From: a bacterium
GTDB lineage: Bacteria > Patescibacteriota > Minisyncoccia > Minisyncoccales > UBA10102
Assembly: GCA_030698665.1 (NCBI GenBank)
Contig: JAUYMI010000029.1
Location: 1-50,301, forward strand
Direction of reading: 5' to 3'
DNA: 50,301 bases
Position numbers and translations under genes: made by a program
Shown here: piece after piece, positions 1-9,057 of the stretch
Layout of the letters: each line of letters begins with the position of its first letter
Numbering within the stretch: position 1 is the stretch's first letter
The notes under the pieces: model-generated
The model's input: only the letters and a program-made list of their open reading frames with translations
Database searches by the model: none
Told to the model about the DNA's origin: nothing

Positions 1-3
1 TTT

Positions 4-462
4 TTATTCCCGCACCTTCACGATCACCTTGCGCTCAAGACCCTCACCAATACTCTCCGTTGCCACGTCTTCCCTGGAATCAAGCTCCATGTGAACAATC
101 CGGCGCTCAGCTGCGGTCATTGGAGGAAGTTCCTTTGGCCGCTTGAGAAGAGACACCTCGTCAGCTGTGGTGCGAGCCAGCTCCCGGATATAGGTTTCCT
201 TGTTCTTCTTGTAGTCGTTTATATCAACATTCAGGTAGAAAGGTTCCTCTACTTTCTTCCTCATAATCGCCTTGAGAAGATGCTGGAGTTCGCCAAGGGT
301 CTGCCCCTTCTCTCCTATGAACATGCGGGGCTCGTCCGTTGTGAGGCGGATGAGAACCGAGTCCTCTCCCGTGCTCTCAACCTGAATACGGGAACCCAGG
401 CCGAGCTTCTCAAAAAACTCTTTTGCGATAGCTTCTATTGTTCTAAGTGATTCTTTGCTCAT
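4..462 (-). CDS. jag: Jag/KhpB-type RNA-binding protein (KH + R3H)
   Basis: ORF 4..498. The ATG at 460-462 overlaps the yidC stop (ATGA). An R3H-like C-terminus (MTAAERRIVHMEL) and the position after yidC match the conserved rnpA-yidC-jag arrangement. Confidence 0.8.
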   Translation of the reverse strand: MSKESLRTIEAIAKEFFEKLGLGSRIQVESTGEDSVLIRLTTDEPRMFIGEKGQTLGELQHLLKAIMRKKVEEPFYLNVDINDYKKNKETYIRELARTTADEVSLLKRPKELPPMTAAERRIVHMELDSREDVATESIGEGLERKVIVKVRE

Positions 463-1160
463 GGCTTCTTTTTCCCCACCATCATACGTTGCTGCCAAAT
501 GGAGAAAACGGAGGTTGTGATCCAGTATAGGCCAATGGCCGAGGGAAGACTGGTGAGGATAGCGAAGGTAACGATTGGGAAAATATACAGCATGCGCTGT
601 TGAATCTGGGAAGCTGCATCCGCACTCTTCTGCTGGGGTGGGATTGCGGTCTTCGCTTGAAAAAACTGAGCCACAGCTGCCACCACGGCAACGGCCAAAG
701 ACGAGGAAGCGAGATCAAAGAATCCAAAGAAGCTCGTGTCAATGCCGGCTGGAACGGGGATGAAGGGGTACAGGCGAAGGGCAAGCTCTCCGTCAAGCCC
801 TGAACGGAAGAGATGGAAGAGGGCGAGAAAAATGGGAAGCTGCAAGAGGAGCACCAAGATACCGCTGAACGGATTAACCCCTTCTTTCCGATACAGTCCC
901 AGGGTTGCCTTGGTCAGTTCCTCTTTGTTTTCTTTCAGCTTCGCTTGGAGCTCCTTGAGTTTGGGCTGAAGTTCAGCCATCTTAAACTGCGTCCTAATGC
1001 TCAGGGAAAAGAGGGGCATTAAGACGAGGCGCACAAGAAGGGTCAGTAAAATAACGGCAACCCCAAAGTCCTGACCTGGTATAAACTCGTATAACGCCAC
1101 CAGCATGTTCAGCAGGGGATTATAGAGAAGGCTGTCGTACAAGAGTATAAAAAAGCTCAT
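459..1160 (-). CDS. yidC: YidC/Oxa1-family membrane protein insertase (short form)
   Basis: 233-aa polytopic membrane protein with a YidC core (QFKMAELQPKLKELQ, GVNPFSG..LLQLPIF), sandwiched between rnpA and jag. Confidence 0.9.
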   Translation of the reverse strand: MSFFILLYDSLLYNPLLNMLVALYEFIPGQDFGVAVILLTLLVRLVLMPLFSLSIRTQFKMAELQPKLKELQAKLKENKEELTKATLGLYRKEGVNPFSGILVLLLQLPIFLALFHLFRSGLDGELALRLYPFIPVPAGIDTSFFGFFDLASSSLAVAVVAAVAQFFQAKTAIPPQQKSADAASQIQQRMLYIFPIVTFAILTSLPSAIGLYWITTSVFSIWQQRMMVGKKKP

Positions 1161-1161
1161 A

Positions 1162-1500
1162 TCACATGAGTTCAGCTCTCTTTAAAAGATCCTCGGTCGC
1201 TTGTTTGATTCCAGATGAATCCACTCCCTTGAGCTCGGAACCAACGACGAAGACGACATCCAGGCCGGCGCTGATCCCGGATAGGTGGTCCCGAATGGCT
1301 TGCGCGATCACGCGGTGAATCCGGTTGCGCTCCACTGCTTTTTTGTCCACCTTCTTTGAAATAATGATTCCAAAGCGCGTTTCAGGGATCCCATTTGCCC
1401 TGATCTTTACGTAGAGACCCTCTCCCTGCGTGCGCCTCCCTCTCTTAAGGACGAAGGCAAAGTCGTTCTCTTTTTTGAGGCGGTGCTTTGAGGGAAGCAT
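1162..1500 (-). CDS. rnpA: RNase P protein component
   Basis: Basic ~112-aa protein (LKKENDFAFVLKRGRR, ISKKVDKKAVERNRIHR). The ATG at 1498-1500 overlaps the rpmH stop; the ORF track starts one codon earlier at a GTG. Confidence 0.85.
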   Translation of the reverse strand: MLPSKHRLKKENDFAFVLKRGRRTQGEGLYVKIRANGIPETRFGIIISKKVDKKAVERNRIHRVIAQAIRDHLSGISAGLDVVFVVGSELKGVDSSGIKQATEDLLKRAELM

Positions 1501-1634
1501 CACACCGTGAGATGCTTCCTCCCCTTTCTCCGCCTCGCCTTTAACGTCCGCCGGCCGTTCGGAGTATTGCTCCGTTTGAGAAACCCGTGGGTCCGCTTGC
1601 GCTTTTTCTTTTTTGGCTGATAGGTTTGGCTCAT
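1500..1634 (-). CDS. rpmH: 50S ribosomal protein L34
   Basis: Not in the ORF track (<60 aa). Hand translation of the minus strand gives [44 protein letters not shown] (44 aa), a classic L34 located upstream of rnpA. Confidence 0.9.
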   Translation of the reverse strand: MSQTYQPKKKKRKRTHGFLKRSNTPNGRRTLKARRRKGRKHLTV

Positions 1635-1655
1635 ACGATTCTGCTAATGTGCTAC

Positions 1656-1684
1656 AGTATACTATAGGAGTGCTTATTAGACAA
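1656..1684 (-). promoter_or_regulatory. candidate rpmH-rnpA-yidC-jag promoter
   Basis: On the minus strand: TTGTCT (1679-1684), a 17-nt spacer, then TATACT (1656-1661), 21 nt upstream of the rpmH ATG. Confidence 0.45.
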
Positions 1685-1746
1685 GGCGCTTTGAAAAAGG
1701 CTCTCCCACAAAAGCAGTTTGTTTTTGTGCCCAGATTTTCCCCATG

Positions 1747-1755
1747 TTATCAACA
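1747..1755 (+). promoter_or_regulatory. DnaA-box-like 9-mer (one mismatch)
   Basis: TTATCAACA versus the consensus TTATCCACA, in the rpmH/dnaA divergent spacer. Confidence 0.35.
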
Positions 1756-1799
1756 GGTATACGGGTTTCGTGCCTATTTTGGCCCTATCTCCCGCGTCC

Positions 1800-1808
1800 T
1801 GGTATAAT
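1800..1808 (+). promoter_or_regulatory. extended -10 element upstream of dnaA
   Basis: TGgTATAAT at 1800-1808. It overlaps the ATG at 1807, which argues that the dnaA start is the ATG at 1837. Confidence 0.4.
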
Positions 1809-1836
1809 GACTTATCGCAAACTCCCAACAACCCTG

Positions 1837-3192
1837 ATGACTAACGAAGAACTCTGGCAGGCGACCCTTGCTCAAATCCAGTTTTCCATCTCCCGAGCAA
1901 ACTTCGCCACCTGGCTCAAAAACACCTACATCCTGTCGAAAAAAGACGGTGGCCTCATTATTTCAGTTCCCAACAACTTTTCCAAAGAGTGGCTGGAGAA
2001 CAAATACAATAAGATTATTTTTAAGATCCTCCGCGAACTAGATGAGGGAATCCGTGAGGTCAGCTACACGGTTGCACGCGCAGCCCCGGATCGCCAGAAG
2101 AGTAAGCTCCAAGGAAGGCAGCTAGAACAACCCTCCGAGCTTGAAGCAGTCAAGTACAAAGCCGACAAGGCGACAAACCTCAACCCGAAGTACACGTTTG
2201 AGAACTTCATCGTGGGCCCGTTCAATGAACTGGCAGCAGCCGCAGCGACAGCAGCCGCAAAGAGCCCGGGGTCAGCCTACAACCCTCTCTTTCTGTACGG
2301 TGGAGTTGGTCTGGGTAAAACCCACCTCCTGCAGGCAATCGGGAACTCCATCACCAAGGAGTTCCCACAAATGAAGATTCGCTACGTGCCCTCAGAGCGC
2401 TTCATCTCGGGGTTCATCTCGGCCATCGGGTCAAAGAATGTTGAACCTTTCCGTCAGATGTACCGCACCGCTGACGTAATCATCATGGACGACGTGCAGT
2501 TCTTCACAAAGAAAGAAAAGAGCCAAGAGGAGCTCTTTCATGTCTTCAACCTCATATACGAACAAGGAAAACAGATTATCTTTTCCTCGGACCGACCACC
2601 AAAGGCGATTCCGGACATTGAAGAGCGTCTGCGTTCGCGCTTTGAGGGCGGCATGGTCGCCGACATCTCAGCTCCCGACTATGAAACCCGCATGGCTATT
2701 CTCAAGGCAAAGGCCCAAGAAACTGGGCTCGAAGTTGCAGATGAGGTGGCAGACTACATTGTTTCAGAGGTCCAGCGCAACATCAGGGAACTGGAGGGCG
2801 CCCTCAACCGCCTCCTAGCCTTCCAGCGCCTCAACAACTCAACGGCGACGCTCGGAGAGGCCCGAGGTATGCTACGTAGTATTATTCAAGCCCCAAACCG
2901 GAGCGCAACCCCTAAAAAAATCATCCAAGCGGTAGCCGAGTTCTATGACATGGCAGAAAAAGAGATTATGGCAATCTCAAGAAAAAAAGAGGTGGTGAAA
3001 CCGCGGCAGATTGCAATGTACCTTCTGAGAGAAGAACTCAAAAGCTCCTACCCCTTCATCGGCAAGCGCTTCAACGGGAAAGACCACACGACAGCAATTT
3101 ACGCCTGCGAAAAAATATCAAAAGAGATCCTCTCATCCGAGTTTTTGGCTGATGAAATTACGTTGATAAAGCAGAGGATATATAGTGGATAG
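1837..3192 (+). CDS. dnaA: chromosomal replication initiator DnaA
   Basis: N-terminus MTNEELWQATLAQIQ, AAA+ Walker A GGVGLGKTHLLQAIG, box VII and the C-terminal DNA-binding helix (KDHTTAIYA). The ORF track begins at 1744; the starts at 1744 and 1807 cannot be excluded. Confidence 0.9.
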   Translation: MTNEELWQATLAQIQFSISRANFATWLKNTYILSKKDGGLIISVPNNFSKEWLENKYNKIIFKILRELDEGIREVSYTVARAAPDRQKSKLQGRQLEQPSELEAVKYKADKATNLNPKYTFENFIVGPFNELAAAAATAAAKSPGSAYNPLFLYGGVGLGKTHLLQAIGNSITKEFPQMKIRYVPSERFISGFISAIGSKNVEPFRQMYRTADVIIMDDVQFFTKKEKSQEELFHVFNLIYEQGKQIIFSSDRPPKAIPDIEERLRSRFEGGMVADISAPDYETRMAILKAKAQETGLEVADEVADYIVSEVQRNIRELEGALNRLLAFQRLNNSTATLGEARGMLRSIIQAPNRSATPKKIIQAVAEFYDMAEKEIMAISRKKEVVKPRQIAMYLLREELKSSYPFIGKRFNGKDHTTAIYACEKISKEILSSEFLADEITLIKQRIYSG

Positions 3193-3344
3193 TATGGGGA
3201 GTGGATTGTGTAACAACCATTCCTCTAAAGTTTCCACCATATTATCCACAGAGATTCCTAGGGTTTATCTGAGCACAATTCCTCTTTAAAAAACACTTCT
3301 CCCCACACACAACAACAACAAGAATACTTTAATACATTATAATT
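3193..3344. promoter_or_regulatory. candidate oriC segment (dnaA-dnaN spacer)
   Basis: Non-coding 152 bp with a perfect DnaA box, degenerate boxes on the opposite strand (3184-3192, 3200-3208) and an A+T-rich end (3320-3344). Confidence 0.5.
3242..3250 (+). promoter_or_regulatory. perfect DnaA box TTATCCACA
   Basis: Exact match to the consensus 9-mer, read directly from the sequence. Confidence 0.7.
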
Positions 3345-4472
3345 ATGGAATCCACTATATTAAAAGAATATGCAAAAGAGGGTATTGGGATCGTTGAGCG
3401 AGTTGTTGGAAGATCTTCTACGCTTCCAGCGCTCAGTTCAATTTTAGTGACGGCAGAAAAAAACACACTAGAGTTTGCTGCCACAGATCTTGAGATTGGT
3501 ATCCGCTACAAGGTGTTAGCTAAAAACAAGCAGGACGGACAAACAGTAATTCCCTCCAGGTTTTTATCCTCCCTTCTCGGTTTTCTTCCAGATTCCCAAG
3601 TGACGTTTAAGGCTCACGGAAGCACATTTCACGTTGAGGCGAAAAACCACACGTCTGAGGTGAAAACCATGGACCCGGACGAGTTCCCTATTATCCCAGC
3701 ACCCGAGCAAAAAGAGATTGCCATTGAGGTTGAAGCTCAGCCGTTTTGCCGCGGCCTTGCTCAAGTTTCGGGGTTTTCCAGCCAAAGCCAAACGAGGCCG
3801 GAACTCACGGGCGTATTTTTCTCCTTTCTTTCAAAAGAGCTCAGGATGGCTGCTACAGACAGTTTTCGTCTGGCTGAAAAGATTTTCATGTTCACGAAAG
3901 AGAACAAACAAGAACACCAGATCATCCTTCCCGGCAAGGCGGTGCGGGAGCTTATCTCCATCCTTTCAGAGCGCACAGGAAGAGTAAAGATATATGTTTC
4001 GGGGCATCAGGCGGCCTTTGAGTACATCGCAGGAGACAACGCCTCATCCCCTCAGATTCAGATTATTTCCCGCCTTATTGAGGGCGAGTACCCTCCGTAT
4101 CGTGAAGTCATTCCTACGACGCACTCCACGAAGGTGGTGGTTGAGAAGGCGCAGTTCCTCAACCAAATTAAGGCATCAGCAATTTTTACGGGCAAAAAAG
4201 AAGAGGTTCGTCTTACTTGTGACCCCTCAAAGAAAGGAGTGACTATTACGTCAAAGTCCCCGGATCTCGGAGAATCGGAGTCCTTTCTTCAGGGAAAGGT
4301 TGAGGGCGAGAAGATGGCTATCTCCTTTAATTGGAGGTTTTTGGCTGAGGGGCTTGCTCAGATAAAAGGAGGAGAGGTCCAGCTTCTTTTGAACGGGGAA
4401 GAGGGCCCAGCCCTGCTGGTCCCGACCGAAGAGGAACAGTATCGCTACGTGATTATGCCCATTAAGGCGTGA
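3345..4472 (+). CDS. dnaN: DNA polymerase III beta sliding clamp
   Basis: 375 aa immediately after dnaA, with a three-domain clamp pattern (LEFAATDLEIGIRY, MAATDSFRLAE, YRYVIMPIKA C-terminus). Confidence 0.92.
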   Translation: MESTILKEYAKEGIGIVERVVGRSSTLPALSSILVTAEKNTLEFAATDLEIGIRYKVLAKNKQDGQTVIPSRFLSSLLGFLPDSQVTFKAHGSTFHVEAKNHTSEVKTMDPDEFPIIPAPEQKEIAIEVEAQPFCRGLAQVSGFSSQSQTRPELTGVFFSFLSKELRMAATDSFRLAEKIFMFTKENKQEHQIILPGKAVRELISILSERTGRVKIYVSGHQAAFEYIAGDNASSPQIQIISRLIEGEYPPYREVIPTTHSTKVVVEKAQFLNQIKASAIFTGKKEEVRLTCDPSKKGVTITSKSPDLGESESFLQGKVEGEKMAISFNWRFLAEGLAQIKGGEVQLLLNGEEGPALLVPTEEEQYRYVIMPIKA

Positions 4473-6363
4473 GCCCCCGGAGCTCCACCGCCGAGCGCAT
4501 AAAGCGGTTCCAAATAGGCCCCCCGAGTATCACGCTCGGGTTTTCGTTTGCCGGTTCAGCGTCGCTGTTGCCAACCCAGACACCAACTGAGATGTTTTTC
4601 GTGTAGCCCATTACCCAGGCATCTTTTGATTCCTGGGTTGTCCCGGTTTTTGCTGCCACCCCAGGAATGTTCAGAGATGAGTTTTCAATAAATACTGGGA
4701 TCCGGGCGGCGTTGTCTGAGAGAATAGAGGTTATCATCTCAGCCACCTTGGGATCTAGCACGACAATAGGAGTTTTACGGGTTTCCTTGAGCACTCTGCC
4801 ATCGGATGACTCAATGCGCTTGATGCTGTAAGGAGGGATGCGCTTTCCGCCGGCCGCAAAGACCCCGTAGGCTGACGTCATATCCAAGAGCCGTACCTCT
4901 CCTCCTCCGAGTACGAGCGAGGGGCCGTATGCAAAAGCGTCTTGGAGGGTTGTGATACCCATGGCGCGGGCTGTGTCAATGCTGTCTTGGATTCCGGCAA
5001 AGTCCAGAAGCACCTTAATTGATGGAATGTTGAGGGATTGAGCCAGTGCCTGCCTGAGTGTGACCGGCCCCCGGAACGTCCCGTCGTAGTTGCGAGGGAT
5101 GTATTCTTGGTCTCCCCACACGCCAAAGTTCGTTTCCTCGTCTATCACTACCGTGTTGTCATCAAACCCCTTTTTGAATGCGGTGGCGTAGACAAATGGT
5201 TTGAAGGCGGAACCCGGCTGGCGTCCTGGAAGGGAGGTCGCGACATTCACTTTTGGATCAAAGAGACAACTGAGTCCTGACGTGCACCCGGCCGGCTCAG
5301 AGTTCCCGAACCAGTCACGGGAACCAACCATAACAAGAATCTCTCCCGTGTTGGGGTCAACGGCCGCTAGGGCGGCATTGTGGGCTCCGAGCGCCTTGTT
5401 TTGGTCGGCCAAGTCCGAGATAGTTTTCTCGGCTGCCTCCTGGAGGTTCCAGTCTAGCGTCGTGATCACCTTAAGCCCGTTCTCTCTCAGGTAGTTGTCC
5501 CCGTACTCATTGAGAAGCTCATCTAACACCATGAGAGAGAAGTGCGGAGCCCTGATGTTCTGGCCGGCTTGGGCAAACGCAATCTCCTCTGCCTGGGCCG
5601 CCTTCATTTCTTCGGTCGTGATGTATCCTTCATCCCGCATGCGCCTCAAGACGTAGTCCTTGCGTTCCAGCAGTGCGTCCTGGTGTGAGCCGAAGGGGGA
5701 GTAGTAGCTTGGAGCCGGCATCATGGCGGCGAGGGCGGCTGACTCGGACAAGGTGAGCTCGGAAGGTTTTTTATGAAAGTAGAGATTGGAGGCCGCCCCA
5801 ACGCCGTAGGCATTTGAGCCAAAGGGAATCTGGTTCAAAAAGAGTTCCAGGATCTGGTCCTTTGAGTACTTGCGCTCCATCTCAAGAGTTAAGAAGAGCT
5901 CTCTCATCTTTCGTTCAATGGACTTGTTCCGCGTGAGCAGGGAGTTGCGAACAAGTTGTTGGGAGATAGTGGAGCCCCCGGCTGCGAGCGATCCTGACTT
6001 GAGGTTGACGAACGTGGCCCTGAGAATTCCAGCAGGGTCAATGCCAAAGTGGTGATAGAACTTCGCGTCCTCAGCTGAGATGATGGCTTCCTTGAGGTAG
6101 CCTGGGAACTCGGACATCGGGTAGACCTCCCGCTTGACCTCTCCGTATACTTCATAGAGCAGGATCTCCCCGGTCCGGTCGTAGATTCTTGTTGATTGAG
6201 CCAAACTCACCTCCCCGAAGCTCTCGGGCCGCGGAAGTTCACCCGCGTAGTACACAAAGAGCGCAAAAAGAAGGGCCGAGCCGAACAGGAAACAGAGCAC
6301 GGCTCCCCCGGCAGCAGTCCTCCAGGAGACGTGCCAGTGTTTTTTCCTTGAGTGTTTTTTCAT
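4462..6363 (-). CDS. class A penicillin-binding protein (glycosyltransferase + transpeptidase)
   Basis: N-terminal TM anchor, GT51 motifs (EDAKFYHHFGID, GGSTISQQLVRN), transpeptidase SxxK (GSAFKPF) and KTGTT. Confidence 0.9.
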   Translation of the reverse strand: MKKHSRKKHWHVSWRTAAGGAVLCFLFGSALLFALFVYYAGELPRPESFGEVSLAQSTRIYDRTGEILLYEVYGEVKREVYPMSEFPGYLKEAIISAEDAKFYHHFGIDPAGILRATFVNLKSGSLAAGGSTISQQLVRNSLLTRNKSIERKMRELFLTLEMERKYSKDQILELFLNQIPFGSNAYGVGAASNLYFHKKPSELTLSESAALAAMMPAPSYYSPFGSHQDALLERKDYVLRRMRDEGYITTEEMKAAQAEEIAFAQAGQNIRAPHFSLMVLDELLNEYGDNYLRENGLKVITTLDWNLQEAAEKTISDLADQNKALGAHNAALAAVDPNTGEILVMVGSRDWFGNSEPAGCTSGLSCLFDPKVNVATSLPGRQPGSAFKPFVYATAFKKGFDDNTVVIDEETNFGVWGDQEYIPRNYDGTFRGPVTLRQALAQSLNIPSIKVLLDFAGIQDSIDTARAMGITTLQDAFAYGPSLVLGGGEVRLLDMTSAYGVFAAGGKRIPPYSIKRIESSDGRVLKETRKTPIVVLDPKVAEMITSILSDNAARIPVFIENSSLNIPGVAAKTGTTQESKDAWVMGYTKNISVGVWVGNSDAEPANENPSVILGGPIWNRFMRSAVELRGLTP

Positions 6364-6433
6364 AACAACAGCACCAGCATATCACGGAGAGTGCCGCCTT
6401 TCAATTTCACTCCGTTCCAGATAGAATGAGATT

Positions 6434-7585
6434 ATGAACAAGCACTCAGACATTCTTTCGCGTGGCCTGGTGGAAGTGCTGCCTTCGAAAAAAGCGCTGG
6501 CCGCCCTCATGGCAAAGGGCCCGATCAGGATATATCTCGGCGTGGATCCGACCTCCCCGTTTTTGCACCTGGGCCACGCCATTCCCCTGAGAAAGCTAAG
6601 GGAGTTTCAGGACCTGGGCCATGAGGTCATCGTGCTCTTTGGCACCTTCACGGCCCTTATTGGCGACCCTGCGGGGAAAGACAAACGCAGAGAGCCCCTG
6701 ACTCCAACTGAGGTATCCGCTAACATGGCAACCTACACGAAGCAGGCCTTCAAAGTGTTGGACGCAAAGAAGACCCGAGTTCTCAAGAATGGGGACTGGT
6801 TGGGGAAGCTCAAGCCAGAAGAGATTCTGCGCCTTGCTTCCCATATGACCGTCTCGCGCCTTTTAGAGCGCGACATGTTCCAAGAGCGCATGAAGAGGGG
6901 TGGGGAGGTATGGGTGCATGAGTTTCTCTATCCGCTGTTGCAGGGGTATGACTCTGTGGCCATGGATGTTGATGCTGAGATCGGAGGAACCGACCAGACC
7001 TTCAATATGCTGGTCGGGCGCCGCCTCCAAAAGTCCTACCGGAACAGAGAGAAGTACGTACTTACCGTTCCCCTCTTAATGGGTTTGGACGGGAGGAAGA
7101 TGAGCAAGTCCTACGGCAATACGGTGAACCTGACAGACTTGCCCGACGACATGTATGGCAAGCTCATGAGCATGAACGACGGACTCGTGAGTCAGTATGT
7201 GGAGCTCTGCACCACCATGAACCAAAAAGAGCTCTCAGGGCTTTCCCCGAGAGAGGCAAAAGCGAGGGTAGCGTTCAGTATCGTGGAGCAGTATCACGGC
7301 AAGCTGAAGGCCGCGAAGGCCGAGCAGGAATTTGTACGCGTGTTCCAGAAAAAAGAAGCTCCATTGAAGATGGAGGAGGTCGCGGTGGCAGGAAAGACCA
7401 TGCCGTTAGCCGATCTTCTCTTTGCCTCGCACCTCACGTCTTCAAAGGGAGAAGCAAGGCGGCTTGTGGCTCAGCATGGAGTGAAGCTGGATGGGGAGGT
7501 CCAGGAGGATCCTTTCTTGAGGGTTAAGCTGAAAAAGGGCACCGTTATCCAAATTGGTAAGCGGAGGTTCGCCAGGGCTTCCTAA
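6434..7585 (+). CDS. tyrS: tyrosyl-tRNA synthetase
   Basis: HIGH (PFLHLGHAIP), GGTDQTFN, KMSKS, and a C-terminal S4 domain (EARRLVAQHGVKLDGE). Confidence 0.92.
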   Translation: MNKHSDILSRGLVEVLPSKKALAALMAKGPIRIYLGVDPTSPFLHLGHAIPLRKLREFQDLGHEVIVLFGTFTALIGDPAGKDKRREPLTPTEVSANMATYTKQAFKVLDAKKTRVLKNGDWLGKLKPEEILRLASHMTVSRLLERDMFQERMKRGGEVWVHEFLYPLLQGYDSVAMDVDAEIGGTDQTFNMLVGRRLQKSYRNREKYVLTVPLLMGLDGRKMSKSYGNTVNLTDLPDDMYGKLMSMNDGLVSQYVELCTTMNQKELSGLSPREAKARVAFSIVEQYHGKLKAAKAEQEFVRVFQKKEAPLKMEEVAVAGKTMPLADLLFASHLTSSKGEARRLVAQHGVKLDGEVQEDPFLRVKLKKGTVIQIGKRRFARAS

Positions 7586-7589
7586 CAAG

Positions 7590-7621
7590 CAACCCCGGAA
7601 TTCCGGGGTTGTGTTGTTTTT
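7590..7621 (+). terminator. intrinsic terminator shared by the convergent tyrS and 7620..7799 genes
   Basis: Hairpin CAACCCCGGAATTCCGGGGTTG (7590-7611) followed by TGTTGTTTTT. Confidence 0.7.
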
Positions 7622-7799
7622 ACGCACCAGGAGTCTCTTCGGTGGCGGGAGCTGACTGCTCTCCGTCCTCTGAAGGTGCCTCTTCGGGCGTGCTAGCTGG
7701 CTCTGAGGCAGGAGTTTCCTCGCCGCCCTCTGAGGGAGCTGCTTCTGGCTGACCCTCTTGCTGGTTTCTCAGGGTCAGTATTTCAGTTTCGTGTGTCAT
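7620..7799 (-). CDS. hypothetical small acidic low-complexity protein
   Basis: MTHETEILTLRNQQEGQPEAAPSEGGEETPASEPASTPEEAPSEDGEQSAPATEETPGA. The minus strand has -10-like TATACT and TACTAT boxes upstream. The longer ORF-track version would overlap ruvC. Confidence 0.35.
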   Translation of the reverse strand: MTHETEILTLRNQQEGQPEAAPSEGGEETPASEPASTPEEAPSEDGEQSAPATEETPGA

Positions 7800-7870
7800 G
7801 GGAATAGTACAATTTTCTGATCCCGACCTTTCAGAAACTGCTTCCCAGTATACCGATATGAGAGAAAATG

Positions 7871-8350
7871 TCAATGCACCTTCAAGTGCAGGGAACATGC
7901 GATGGCGCAAGCCAAGGCATCGGCTGCGTCATCCGGTTTCGGGATTTCCTCTAACTGAAGAATCTCTTTGACCATGCGCTGGACCTGGATCTTGCTCGCT
8001 GCTCCGTTTCCGGTAACAGCCATCTTGACTTGGGAAGGGGTGAACTCATGAACGGGAAGCTTGAAACGCGCAGTTGAGAGAAGGATTACGCCCCTGGCTT
8101 CAGATACCGCCATCCCAGTCTTTACGTTCTTGGAAAAGTACAGCTTCTCCACTCCAGCAACGTGGGGCTTGTGTTTTTTCATGACGTACAAGAGTCCTTC
8201 TTGGAGGGAGAGAAGTCGCTCTGCTGGTGAGTCGCCTTTGTCAGTCAGAATGCAGTCGTACGCCAGACAGACGGGAGCCAACCCTTTTTCCACCTTAATC
8301 ACCCCAAATCCAGTGGTTGCCGTCCCAGGGTCAATGCCGAGAATAATCAT
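7871..8350 (-). CDS. ruvC: crossover junction endodeoxyribonuclease RuvC
   Basis: MIILGIDPGTATTGFGVI with catalytic acidic residues, 159 aa, stop/start overlap with yebC. Confidence 0.9.
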   Translation of the reverse strand: MIILGIDPGTATTGFGVIKVEKGLAPVCLAYDCILTDKGDSPAERLLSLQEGLLYVMKKHKPHVAGVEKLYFSKNVKTGMAVSEARGVILLSTARFKLPVHEFTPSQVKMAVTGNGAASKIQVQRMVKEILQLEEIPKPDDAADALACAIACSLHLKVH

Positions 8351-9057
8351 GCGAGGTTGGAGTATATCTCCTGGATGTCCTCAAGATCATCAAGCGCTTC
8401 AAGCAGACGTTCGGCTGCAGCCGTATCGCTCTCTGAGACCGTGACGGGCTCTTTTGCCACCCAGTCCACTGAGGAGGACTCAATGGCGAATCCGGCAAGT
8501 GAGAGTTTTCCCTTGAGGTTTTCCAGCTCCTCTGGTCTTCCTGAGACCTCAAGAGCGTCGGGGACCCAGGAGAGGTCCTCGGCTCCAGCTTCGATGGCGG
8601 CCAGTTCGGCCTCCTCTTTTGATTTTGAGCTGGAGACCTCAACGATGGCCCTTTGCTCAAACATCCACTTCACTCCTCCGGCGTCCACGAATTTTCCTCC
8701 GTTTTTAGATAGGGCCTGTCTGATTTCCCCGAGCGTACGATTCTTATTGTCCGTGATTGCCGCGATAAGCAGGGTGATACCGCCAGGCCCATACGCCTCG
8801 TACATGGCGTCTTCAAGCTGCCCCCCGGCGAGTTCTCCGGTTCCCTTCTTAATAGCCCTCTCAATGCTGTCAGAGGGCATATTAGAGGCCTTTGCCCGAT
8901 CAACGGCCAGACGGAGCCTGATATTGGAAGCAAGATCGTTTCCGCTCTTTGCGGCCAGCGCGATCTCGCTAGAGATTTTTGAGAAGACCTTGGACTTTTT
9001 CGCGTCGGCAGCTTCTTTTTTGTGCTTGACGGTCTTGGCGTGAGAGTGTCCGCTCAT
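8347..9057 (-). CDS. yebC: YebC/PmpR family DNA-binding regulator
   Basis: MSGHSHAKTVKHKKEAADAKKSKVFSK N-terminus typical of the family, 236 aa, lying between ruvC and ruvB. Confidence 0.9.
   Translation of the reverse strand: MSGHSHAKTVKHKKEAADAKKSKVFSKISSEIALAAKSGNDLASNIRLRLAVDRAKASNMPSDSIERAIKKGTGELAGGQLEDAMYEAYGPGGITLLIAAITDNKNRTLGEIRQALSKNGGKFVDAGGVKWMFEQRAIVEVSSSKSKEEAELAAIEAGAEDLSWVPDALEVSGRPEELENLKGKLSLAGFAIESSSVDWVAKEPVTVSESDTAAAERLLEALDDLEDIQEIYSNLA

Noticed and set aside
1744-1836. Upstream dnaA starts (1744, 1807) from the ORF track
   Set aside because: The extension has no DnaA-like sequence, and the ATG at 1807 sits inside the TGgTATAAT -10 element. The ATG at 1837 gives the canonical MTNEELW... 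N-terminus. The upstream starts are not fully excluded.
8357-9043. 228-aa plus-strand ORF antisense to yebC
   Set aside because: It is a Ser/Ala-rich low-complexity mirror frame. The minus-strand frame has unmistakable YebC family sequence, so this is a shadow ORF.
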